Assembly: GCA_963740355.1 (NCBI GenBank)
Contig: CAVUDW010000002.1
Span: 2,112,001 to 2,176,000 of the forward strand
DNA from: an uncultured Gemmatimonadaceae bacterium
GTDB taxonomy: Bacteria; Gemmatimonadota; Gemmatimonadetes; Gemmatimonadales; Gemmatimonadaceae
Reading direction: 5' to 3'
Length of the DNA stretch: 64,000 bases
Shown here piece after piece: positions 38,305 to 46,937 of the stretch. A program made the translations under genes and the position numbers. Under the pieces are notes generated by a model. That model was not told the DNA's origin, ran no database searches, and saw nothing but the letters and a program-made list of their open reading frames with translations. Each line of letters starts with the position of its first letter. Position 1 is the first letter of the stretch.

Positions 38305-41300
38305 CCGACGGCACACCGAAGAAGTATCAGGCGCTGACGGCTGAGGACACGCCCGACGCCCTCGAAAGCGCATTGCTCGAAACGTGGGAAGCCGAAGGCC
38401 TGTTCGATCCGTCGTTCCGGCCCAAGCCTGGTCAGTCGTCCTTCGTGTTCTACGAAGGGCCGCCAACGGCCAACGGCCGGCCCGGCATCCATCACGTCTT
38501 TGCGCGCACACTGAAGGACCTCATCCCGCGACACCGCGCGATGAAGGGCTTTCACATCACGCGCAAGGCCGGGTGGGACACCCATGGCCTGCCGGTCGAG
38601 ATCGAAGTCGAGAAGGCCCTCGGCATCAGTGGCAAGCGAGACATCGAAGCCATCGGTGTCGCGGAGTTCAACCGTCGCTGCCGCGAGAGTGTGTTCACCT
38701 ATCGCGGGGACTGGGAGAAGCTCAGCCGGCGCATGGCGTACTGGCTCGATTACGAGCGCCCGTACGTCACGTACACCAACGACTATGTGGAGAGCGTGTG
38801 GTGGGCATTGGCCACCATGCACGCCAAGGGCCTGCTGGTGCAGGGGCACAAGATCCTGCCCTATTGCCCACGCTGCGAAACGGCGCTCTCGAGCCACGAA
38901 GTCGCGCAGGGTTACAAGGACGTCGAGGATCCGAGCACGTACATCGCGCTCGACCTCGTGGATGCATCGACCACCATGCGCCGCCGCATCCTCGTCTGGA
39001 CCACCACGCCGTGGACGCTGGTGTCGAACGCCGCGCTCGCGGTGCATCCCGAGCTCGTCTACGTCGAGCTGCAGAAGAAGACCGGCGCCGAATTCACCAT
39101 CATCCTCGCGGAATCGCGCGTGGCCGCGGTGCTTGGTGGCGACTGGGCCGATCGGTGGACGAACGTCCGGACGCTGCAAGGCGCCGACCTCGTCGGCATG
39201 CGGTACGCGCGCCCGCTCGATTGGGTTGCATATCCGGAAGGCACGCAGTCGGAAATCATCGTCGGTGAAACGTTCGTCTCCGCGGATGATGGTACGGGCG
39301 TCGTGCACATGGCGCCGGCGTTCGGCGCTGATGACTATGGTGCCGGCCAGCGGCACAACCTCGCCTTCATCCAGCCGGTTGATGCGCGCGGACGCTTCCC
39401 GGAGGGCATGCCGGTCATCGGCGGGCGCTTCATCAAGGATGCCGATCCGCTGATCATCGATGAGCTCAAGCGCCGCGACGTGCTCTGGAAGGACGGGCGC
39501 TTCGTGCACTCGTATCCGCACTGCTGGCGTTGCGGCACACCGCTGCTCTATTACGCACGCGGCTCCTGGTTCGTGAAGACCACCGCGATCAAGGACGACA
39601 TGATCGCGCGCAACAACCAGGTGGCATGGCAGCCACCTGAAGTTGGCGCTGGTCGCTTCGGCCAATGGCTGGAGAACAACGTCGACTGGGCGATCTCGCG
39701 TGACCGGTACTGGGGCACGCCGCTCCCGGTCTGGATCAACGACGAAGATCCCACCGAGATGGAAGTCATCGGCAGCTTCGCGCAGCTCGCCGAGCGTTGT
39801 GGCGCGCCGCTGCCAGCCGATTTCGATCCGCACAAGCCGTTCATCGATCAGTACACCTGGCCTGCGAAAAGCGGGACGGGAACGATGCGTCGCGTGTCGG
39901 AAGTGATCGACACCTGGTTCGATTCCGGCAGCATGCCGTTCGCGCAGTGGCACTATCCATTCGAGAACACGGATGTCGTCGCCGAGCATTTCCCGGCCGA
40001 CTACATCTGCGAAGGGGTCGATCAGACCCGCGGGTGGTTCTACTCGTTGCTCGCCGTGGCCACCGCACTCGGCGATGCATTGCCGAACAACGCGGCGGGG
40101 TCTGCGGCACCGTTCCGTCATGTGCTCGTGAACGATCTCGTGCTCGATGCGAACGGCTTGAAGATGTCGAAGAGCAAGGGCAACGCCGTCGATCCGTGGC
40201 GCGTGATTGCCACGCATGGTGTCGATGCCGTGCGACTCTTCCTGATCAGCACCAGTCAGGTGTGGATTCCGCGTCGCTTCGACGAGGACGTGCTGCGCCA
40301 GACGGCAGGGCGATTCCTCGTCACGCTGCGCAACACCTACAGCGGCATCTTTGCGCAGTACGCAAACTTCGGCTGGTCGCCGAGTGACCGGGATCCAGCC
40401 GTCGCGGATCGACCGGCGCTCGACCGGTGGGTGTTGTCACGGCTGACGGCGGTCGAGGCGGAAGCGGATCGCTTGCTCGAGTCGTACGAACCGACACTCG
40501 CGGCGCGTGCGATCATGGAATTCGTCGACGAAGATGTCTCGAATTGGTATGTGCGCCTCAGTCGCCCGCGCTTCTGGGAGACCGACAACGATGACAGTCG
40601 TGCCGCCTTCGCCACCTTGCATGAAGTGCTCACGATCGTCTGTCGCCTGCTGGCACCGTTGGCACCCTACCTGACGGACTGGATGCATCGGCAACTCGTG
40701 GGCAGCTCGGTGCACACGGCGGCCTACGTGCGAACCACCGGGGCCTCGCGCGATGAGGGGCTGGAGCGCGAGATGGCCGCGGTGCGGACGCTGTCGCGGC
40801 TCGGGCGCGCCGCACGGGAAGAGGCGGGCATCAAGGTGCGCCAGCCGCTGTCGCGCCTCGTTTGCGTCGTCCCCAGGGACGAAGCCAGCGGTGTCACGGC
40901 CCTTGCCGGGCTCATCCGTGCTGAACTGAACATCAAGGACGTGGTGCTGGCGGGATCGGCAGACGATCTCGTGAAGGTGAGCGCCAAGGGCAATTTCCGG
41001 GTGCTTGGCAAGCGCTTCGGGAAGTCGACGCCTGCGGCGGCGGCCGTCATCGAGGCGCTGTCGTCGGCCCAACTTCTCGCGTTCGAACGTGGCGAGACGG
41101 TCACGATTTCTGTCGATGGGGTGGAGCACGCCCTCGAGCCAGCCGATGTGATCCTCACCCGGTCAGCCGCTGGCGATCTCGTCGTGGCTGGCGATGGTGT
41201 GTATGTTGCCGCGGTCGATCCCGCGATCACCGACTCCCTCCGCCGCGAGGGAATCGCACGGGAGCTGGTCAGCCGGGTGCAGCGGGCCCGGAAGGATGCC

Positions 41301-41513
41301 GGACTGGCCGTCAGCGATCGGATTCGTGTGGTCGTCGGCGGTGTACAGCAGGTGCAAGAGGCGGCGCGTGAGCACTCTGCCTGGATTGCGGGCGAGGTTC
41401 TCGCGTCGGCGTTCGACGTGTCAAGCAGCGAGGCGGCGCCACCCGTAAGCACCGCCGTGGACCTGGACGGTACCGCTGCGTGGTTCACCCTGGAACGGGA
41501 CGATACGAGATGA
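38301..41513 (+). CDS. ileS: Isoleucine--tRNA ligase, type 2
   Basis: FYEGPPTANGRPGIHH, GWDTHGLP, WTTTPWTL, DWAISRDRYWGTP, KMSKS, C-terminal EGIARELVSRVQRARK. Confidence 0.97.
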   Translation: MTDGTPKKYQALTAEDTPDALESALLETWEAEGLFDPSFRPKPGQSSFVFYEGPPTANGRPGIHHVFARTLKDLIPRHRAMKGFHITRKAGWDTHGLPVEIEVEKALGISGKRDIEAIGVAEFNRRCRESVFTYRGDWEKLSRRMAYWLDYERPYVTYTNDYVESVWWALATMHAKGLLVQGHKILPYCPRCETALSSHEVAQGYKDVEDPSTYIALDLVDASTTMRRRILVWTTTPWTLVSNAALAVHPELVYVELQKKTGAEFTIILAESRVAAVLGGDWADRWTNVRTLQGADLVGMRYARPLDWVAYPEGTQSEIIVGETFVSADDGTGVVHMAPAFGADDYGAGQRHNLAFIQPVDARGRFPEGMPVIGGRFIKDADPLIIDELKRRDVLWKDGRFVHSYPHCWRCGTPLLYYARGSWFVKTTAIKDDMIARNNQVAWQPPEVGAGRFGQWLENNVDWAISRDRYWGTPLPVWINDEDPTEMEVIGSFAQLAERCGAPLPADFDPHKPFIDQYTWPAKSGTGTMRRVSEVIDTWFDSGSMPFAQWHYPFENTDVVAEHFPADYICEGVDQTRGWFYSLLAVATALGDALPNNAAGSAAPFRHVLVNDLVLDANGLKMSKSKGNAVDPWRVIATHGVDAVRLFLISTSQVWIPRRFDEDVLRQTAGRFLVTLRNTYSGIFAQYANFGWSPSDRDPAVADRPALDRWVLSRLTAVEAEADRLLESYEPTLAARAIMEFVDEDVSNWYVRLSRPRFWETDNDDSRAAFATLHEVLTIVCRLLAPLAPYLTDWMHRQLVGSSVHTAAYVRTTGASRDEGLEREMAAVRTLSRLGRAAREEAGIKVRQPLSRLVCVVPRDEASGVTALAGLIRAELNIKDVVLAGSADDLVKVSAKGNFRVLGKRFGKSTPAAAAVIEALSSAQLLAFERGETVTISVDGVEHALEPADVILTRSAAGDLVVAGDGVYVAAVDPAITDSLRREGIARELVSRVQRARKDAGLAVSDRIRVVVGGVQQVQEAAREHSAWIAGEVLASAFDVSSSEAAPPVSTAVDLDGTAAWFTLERDDTR

Positions 41514-41923
41514 GCTCTTCAGCCAGCGCACCGAAGCCCACCGTGAAGGGCTTCAGCAAGAAGGACATCACGCACTTCGAAAAGCGCCTCATGGAGGAGC
41601 GCAAGCGTGTACTGAAAGAGCTCGGGCATCATGGCAATCGGTTTGGCGCCGAGGGAGATGGCGACCTCAGCGCATACTCGTTCCACATGGCTGATCAGGG
41701 CACCGATGCCATGGAGCGTGAGAAGGCGTTTCTGTTTGCGAGCCAGGAAGGTCGGTTCCTGTGGCATCTCGACCAGGCCCTGCGCCGCCTCTATCGGGCC
41801 CCGGAGAAGTTCGGGCTCTGTCATGAGTGCGGCAACCTGATCGCGTTCGAGCGGCTCGACGCCCTGCCGCACGCGCGGTACTGCATCAATTGCAAGCAAA
41901 AAGAGGAAGATGGAAAGAAGTAA
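41510..41923 (+). CDS. TraR/DksA family C4 zinc-finger protein
   Basis: HMADQGTD, CHEC, ERLDALPHARYCINC. Confidence 0.9.
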   Translation: MSSSASAPKPTVKGFSKKDITHFEKRLMEERKRVLKELGHHGNRFGAEGDGDLSAYSFHMADQGTDAMEREKAFLFASQEGRFLWHLDQALRRLYRAPEKFGLCHECGNLIAFERLDALPHARYCINCKQKEEDGKK

Positions 41924-42443
41924 CCAAAACGGCCGGCTTTTCTGGCCGGTCGCCGCTGGGTTTCTCGTCGCGGATTTTTTCACGAAGATGTGGGCGGTCG
42001 CCGCACTGGCGCCTGCCCATACGCGTCATGAAGTGTTCGGCGAGTGGCTGACGTTCACGCTCCTGTACAACCCGGGTGCGGCCTTTGGGCTGCACCTGGG
42101 CGAGTGGTCGCGCTGGATCTTCACGGCGCTCACCATCGGGGCGGTGTTCATCCTCACGCGCATGTATCAGGGTACGGCCGAAGGGGATCGCATCAAGCTG
42201 ACCTCCCTCGGCATGATCCTCGGCGGCGCCTGTGGCAACCTGATCGACCGCCTGCGGTCGGGGCAGGGTGTGGTGGACTTCATCGATGTCGGCATCGGCG
42301 AGATGCGGTGGCCGACCTTCAACGTGGCCGATATTGGCGTCAGCTGCGGTGCACTACTCCTGGCCTGGGTTCTCTGGCGTGAGGATCGGGCCGCCGCGCA
42401 TGCTGCGAGCACGACTGCAAGCGACACCACATCGGCGCGCTGA
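41910..42443 (+). CDS. lspA: Lipoprotein signal peptidase II
   Basis: DFFTK, NPGAAFG, GGACGNLIDR, VVDFI, FNVAD. Confidence 0.95.
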   Translation: MERSNQNGRLFWPVAAGFLVADFFTKMWAVAALAPAHTRHEVFGEWLTFTLLYNPGAAFGLHLGEWSRWIFTALTIGAVFILTRMYQGTAEGDRIKLTSLGMILGGACGNLIDRLRSGQGVVDFIDVGIGEMRWPTFNVADIGVSCGALLLAWVLWREDRAAAHAASTTASDTTSAR

Positions 42444-42451
42444 GCGCCTCC

Positions 42452-43510
42452 ATGACAAGTTCCCGAGAAGTAGCACGATCGCTGACGCTCGATGCCGTTG
42501 GCGATGGGCAGCGCCTTGACCTGATCGTGGCCGCGGCCACCGATCTCTCCCGGACGCAGGCGGCGACGCTGATCGCGACCGGGATGGTGCAGGTTGACGG
42601 CAAGCTGCAGAAGGCGGGGTATCGCCCGACACCTTCCCAACAAATCAACGTCACCATCCCGGCACCACGCGGGATCGACATCGTCGGCGAATCCCTCCCG
42701 GTTGCCGTCGTCTTCGAGGACGAACACCTGCTCGTCGTCGACAAGGCCGCCGGAATGGTCGTCCATCCCGCGCCCGGCAACTGGACCGGCACCCTTGTCC
42801 ACGCGCTCGTCGGGCGAGGCGGTGAGCTCTCCTCCGAAGCCGGCGACGAACGCGCCGGAATCGTGCACCGACTCGACAAGGAAACCTCGGGCCTGCTGAT
42901 CGTGGCGAAGACCGATCGGGCCCACCGACTGCTCTCCGCCGCGCTGGCGGCACGCCGGATCAGTCGCCGCTATGCGGCGCTCGCGTGGGGCCACCTCCGT
43001 GAGGATCGGCAGACCGTCGAGGGCAACATCGGACGCGATCCGAACAATCGGCATCGCATGGCGCTGGTCACGACCGGCAAGCCGGCCCGCACCGACATCG
43101 ACCGCCTCGCGCGCTTCGACGGCGGCGACCTGCTGCGCTGCAAGCTGCACACGGGCCGCACCCACCAGATCCGTGTGCACCTGTCCTCGATCGGCCATCC
43201 CGTGATGGGAGACGATACCTACGGCGGTGGCGGTGGACGGCGTGTGACCGGGCTTCCAGCGGGGCGTCATGCTTTGCACGCTGCGGCGCTGCGGTTCCTG
43301 CACCCGATCACCGGGGAATGGCTGGCCCTGCGGTCGCCCCTTCCCGCCGATTTCGATGCGGCCGTGCGCGCCGTGGCCGGGGCGCACCAGCCCCCCGCCG
43401 ACGCCAACCTCCTCGAATTCTACGGTTTCTGGACCGACGAAGCGGATGATCAGCTCGCCACCGCCAACCAGCACGCAAACCAGCACGCCGACGAGCTCGC
43501 CGACGAGTGA
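42452..43510 (+). CDS. rluD: RluA-family pseudouridine synthase with S4 domain
   Basis: VDKAAGMVVHP, GIVHRLDKETSG, TGRTHQIRVH, HALHA. Confidence 0.92.
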   Translation: MTSSREVARSLTLDAVGDGQRLDLIVAAATDLSRTQAATLIATGMVQVDGKLQKAGYRPTPSQQINVTIPAPRGIDIVGESLPVAVVFEDEHLLVVDKAAGMVVHPAPGNWTGTLVHALVGRGGELSSEAGDERAGIVHRLDKETSGLLIVAKTDRAHRLLSAALAARRISRRYAALAWGHLREDRQTVEGNIGRDPNNRHRMALVTTGKPARTDIDRLARFDGGDLLRCKLHTGRTHQIRVHLSSIGHPVMGDDTYGGGGGRRVTGLPAGRHALHAAALRFLHPITGEWLALRSPLPADFDAAVRAVAGAHQPPADANLLEFYGFWTDEADDQLATANQHANQHADELADE

Positions 43511-43547
43511 CGCGGCCCGGGCCGAGCCAACGCGCGGCCCGCGCGTC

Positions 43548-43940
43548 ATGCTGCTCACCGCCGGTGGGCACACGGTGGCGATGGCGGCGACATCCGCGCG
43601 CGAAGTGCTGCCGCTGACGGCGGCGATTCGGTTGCCCGCTGCGCCTGAGTTCGTCTGCGGGGTAGTCAATGTGCGGGGCACCCTCGTCCCGCTCGTCGAT
43701 CTCGGTCGCCTCCTGCAGGCGGAGCCCGCCAACCCGGCTGGATGGGTGGTGACGCTCGACCTCGGAGGCCGACGGTGCGCCCTGGCGGTGGACTCGCTGC
43801 CGGTGCTGCGCGCCGCCGATGCGCCCCCCGGCGCACGCCCGACCAGTCATGCCTACCTGCAAGCCGAGGTGCGTGTGGCGGGAACCGCGCTGCCGCTGCT
43901 CGATGTGGATGCGCTGGCCGACGACATCCTGCTCCAGTAA
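43548..43940 (+). CDS. cheW: CheW domain protein
   Basis: REVLP...RLPAAPEFVCGVVNVRGTLVPLVDL, ALAVD, LLDV. Alternative start at 43446. Confidence 0.88.
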   Translation: MLLTAGGHTVAMAATSAREVLPLTAAIRLPAAPEFVCGVVNVRGTLVPLVDLGRLLQAEPANPAGWVVTLDLGGRRCALAVDSLPVLRAADAPPGARPTSHAYLQAEVRVAGTALPLLDVDALADDILLQ

Positions 43941-43941
43941 G

Positions 43942-43961
43942 TCCACGCGACGACGCGTGGA
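43942..43961 (+). other. Intergenic hairpin between cheW and cheY
   Basis: TCCACGCG-ACGA-CGCGTGGA, no U-tract. Confidence 0.45.
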
Positions 43962-43979
43962 GTCCCCAAGGATCACCAC

Positions 43980-44342
43980 ATGAGTCATCGCGTTCTGGTG
44001 TGTGACGACGCTCTCTTCATGCGTACGCTCGTCGGCGACATCCTGCAGCAGGCAGGCTTCTCCGTCTGTGGCCAGGCCGAAACCGGTGCACAGGCCGTCG
44101 CACAGTACAAGGCGCTCAAGCCTGACCTCGTGACCATGGACATCGTCATGCCCGACATGGGTGGCATCGACGCCGTCAAGGAGATCACGAGCTGGGACCC
44201 GAACGCGAAGGTCGTGATGTGCAGCGCGATGGGCCAGCAGGCGCTCGTCAACGAAGCGCTGCAGGCCGGTGCCTCCGATTTCGTCGTCAAGCCGTTCCAG
44301 CCGAACCGCGTCATCGAGGCAGTGCAGCGCGTGCTGGGCTGA
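43980..44342 (+). CDS. cheY: CheY response regulator (Bacillus/Thermotoga-like)
   Basis: CDDALFMR, PDLVTMDIVMP, MCSAMGQ, DFVVKPF. Confidence 0.95.
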   Translation: MSHRVLVCDDALFMRTLVGDILQQAGFSVCGQAETGAQAVAQYKALKPDLVTMDIVMPDMGGIDAVKEITSWDPNAKVVMCSAMGQQALVNEALQAGASDFVVKPFQPNRVIEAVQRVLG

Positions 44343-44381
44343 GTCGCCTGCGGCGACATCACCGCCTGAGGACCGCTCCCG

Positions 44382-46283
44382 ATGGAGCCGCATCGAATGC
44401 TCACGCTCTTCCTCGCGGAAGGGCGTGAGCTGTTGAATCGGATGGACGCCGAGCTGCTGGTGCTCGAGCGATCACCCGATGCGCGTGGTGCGCTCGATGC
44501 CGTGTTTCGTGCGGCGCATTCGCTCAAGGGCATGAGCGCCACCGTCGCGCTCAACGACACCGCTGCCGCGCTGCATGCCGGCGAGTCACTTCTCGCTGCA
44601 GCCCGTGACAGTGGCCAGCTCGATGCGGGGCAACTCCGCGCATTGCTAGCGCTGATCGACGGCACGCGACGAGCGCTCGACGATGCTGAGCAGGGCTCGA
44701 TGCAGTCACCGTCGATGCGAGAACTCGCGGCTGAACTGGAGGCGCTCGTGCCCCGAGTGCCGGCCACGGGTGCGCCGGATCGGCTCCGTGCCTCACGCGT
44801 CGTGCAGCGTGCGACAACCGCCGTTGGCGCACGCTGGAGGGTCGACGTCGTGATCGACGCCGATGCCGCCATTCCGCAGGCGCGCGCCACCATCGTGCTG
44901 CGCAAGCTCTCGGCGCTGGCCTCGGTCGTCGCGGTGGTACCGGATGCCGACACACGCGCAGCCGACGATTGGGATCGGGCGTTCACCGTCTGGCTTGGCG
45001 ATGCGACCGCGGGATCGCCGGCGCCCCTCGATGCGGCAGCACTCGAAAACGCGACCCGCAGCGCGGGGGACATCGCCGAGTGCCACGTGGCGCGCGAGGT
45101 TGCAGCGGCGGCGGACGTCGGTGAGGCGACTGCCGCGCGCACGGTACGCATTCCGGCACAGCGCCTCGACGACCTGCTGGACCTGGTTGGAGAACTCGTG
45201 CTCGCGCGTGATCGACTGCTCCGAACCGTGGCACCGACCGCCGACGACGCCGGACAGCGCGCGCTGGACGACACCTCGCGCCTGATCATGCAGCTGCGCG
45301 ATGCCATCCTCACCAGTCGCATGGTGCCGTTGGCGCAGGTCTTCGATCGATTCCCGCGGCATGTTCGCGACACTGCGCATGCACTCGGCAAGGAGATCGA
45401 CCTCGTGCTCGAGGGTCGCGAGCTGGAAGTTGATCGATCACTGCTCGATGAACTGAGCGATCCGATCCTCCATCTGCTGCGTAATGCAGTCGATCATGGA
45501 CTCGAATCCCCAGATGACCGCCGGCTGGCGGGCAAGAGCGCGCGCGGCCGACTGGTCGTGCGTGCCGTGCGCGATGGATCGATGGTCGCGGTGACCGTGG
45601 CGGACGATGGCCGCGGTGTGGATCGCGATCGTGTCGCGGCGTCGGCTGCGGCGCAGGGCGTCGCCGGCGCAGCGGCACTGGCGCAGGATGACGGGGGCCT
45701 GCTGCAACTGCTGGCGCGTCCTGGCCTCAGCACCGCAGCCACCGTCACCGCGCTCTCGGGCCGCGGTGTGGGTGTGGACGCGGTGCTCAGTCGCGTGCAG
45801 GCGCTCGGTGGCCGCCTGGAACTCGCGACTGCGGCGGGTGAGGGCACCGCGATCACCATCCGACTTCCGCTGAGCGTCGCGATGCTGCGGGCACTGCTGG
45901 TGCGTGTTGCCGACGAGACGTACGCCATCCCGCTCACGATGGTGCAGGCGACGCACCTCGGCGACACGCTCCACGCGACAGATCGGCATGACCCGCGCGC
46001 GCCGCTTCCAGAGGATGTGGAGATCGCTGGAACGCGACTGCGCTTGGTGAGCTTGCGCTCACATCTTGGCCTGCCCCCGCGGGATGACGTTTCGGGTCAT
46101 CTGGTCGTCCTTGATGGTGCCACAGGTCGTGTGGCCTTGCTCGTGGACACCTGTGTGTCCCAGCAGGAGATCGTCGTCAAGCCGCTGCAACGCGTCCGCG
46201 GCTCGGCCTCGATGTTCAGCGGGGGCACGATCCTTCCCGACGGAACACCGTCGCTCATTCTGGACATCAACACGCTGCCCTGA
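44382..46283 (+). CDS. cheA: CheA histidine kinase
   Basis: Hpt FRAAHSLKG, P2-like region, LDDLLDLVGELV, HLLRNAVDHG, DDGRG, SGRGVG, C-terminal CheW domain. Confidence 0.95.
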   Translation: MEPHRMLTLFLAEGRELLNRMDAELLVLERSPDARGALDAVFRAAHSLKGMSATVALNDTAAALHAGESLLAAARDSGQLDAGQLRALLALIDGTRRALDDAEQGSMQSPSMRELAAELEALVPRVPATGAPDRLRASRVVQRATTAVGARWRVDVVIDADAAIPQARATIVLRKLSALASVVAVVPDADTRAADDWDRAFTVWLGDATAGSPAPLDAAALENATRSAGDIAECHVAREVAAAADVGEATAARTVRIPAQRLDDLLDLVGELVLARDRLLRTVAPTADDAGQRALDDTSRLIMQLRDAILTSRMVPLAQVFDRFPRHVRDTAHALGKEIDLVLEGRELEVDRSLLDELSDPILHLLRNAVDHGLESPDDRRLAGKSARGRLVVRAVRDGSMVAVTVADDGRGVDRDRVAASAAAQGVAGAAALAQDDGGLLQLLARPGLSTAATVTALSGRGVGVDAVLSRVQALGGRLELATAAGEGTAITIRLPLSVAMLRALLVRVADETYAIPLTMVQATHLGDTLHATDRHDPRAPLPEDVEIAGTRLRLVSLRSHLGLPPRDDVSGHLVVLDGATGRVALLVDTCVSQQEIVVKPLQRVRGSASMFSGGTILPDGTPSLILDINTLP

Positions 46284-46915
46284 TGCTGGCTATCCGCGAT
46301 GTGCGTAGTCTGAACGCCGAGCAGCTCGACGCGTTGCGTGAAGTGGCCAACATCGGCGCCGGTCACGCTGCCACTGCGCTCTCGACCATGACCGGGCAAT
46401 CGATCATGATCAAGGTGCCCACGGTCACCATCGCGCGACTGGATGAGGTGCCCGGGCACGTGGTGGCGAATCCTGAGGATGCCGTCGCCGTGGTGCTGCT
46501 GCAGATGCTGGGCGACCTCACCGGTCGCGCCTTGCTCGTCTTTCCCGAGTACACGGCCTGTCGCCTCGCGGAAATGATGTTGCAGCGGCCGCGTGGTTCA
46601 TCGCCGACGATCGCGCTCCTCGAGCAGAGTGCGCTGAAGGAGTGCGGCAACATTCTCAGCGGCGCCTACCTCAATGCGCTCGCAGATTTCATGCACCTGA
46701 TGCTGCTGCCGTCACCGCCGACGCTGGCCGTCGACATGGCCAGCGCCGTGCTCAGCTCCGCTTTCCTGCAGTTCGGCGATGGTCGTGACGTCGTGTTCTG
46801 CGTCGAGAGCGAATTCCAGATGCGCGACGATGGCGAGTCGCTGCGCGGCTACTTCCTGCTCCTGCCCGACATCGGATCGCTGCAGAAGATCCTGCACGCG
46901 GTCAACCGCGCCTGA
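46283..46915 (+). CDS. cheC: CheC phosphatase
   Basis: Two active-site motifs, DALREVANI and SALKECGNI. Confidence 0.93.
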   Translation: MLAIRDVRSLNAEQLDALREVANIGAGHAATALSTMTGQSIMIKVPTVTIARLDEVPGHVVANPEDAVAVVLLQMLGDLTGRALLVFPEYTACRLAEMMLQRPRGSSPTIALLEQSALKECGNILSGAYLNALADFMHLMLLPSPPTLAVDMASAVLSSAFLQFGDGRDVVFCVESEFQMRDDGESLRGYFLLLPDIGSLQKILHAVNRA

Positions 46916-46937
46916 TTTTCGCAGTCCAGAGATTCCT

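Noticed and set aside
38034..40217. Long antisense or alternate-frame ORFs (also 51609..53708, 2093..4063, 11961..13424, 5368..6912)
   Set aside because: Shadow ORFs expected from high-GC codon bias opposite or across well-supported genes; no motifs.
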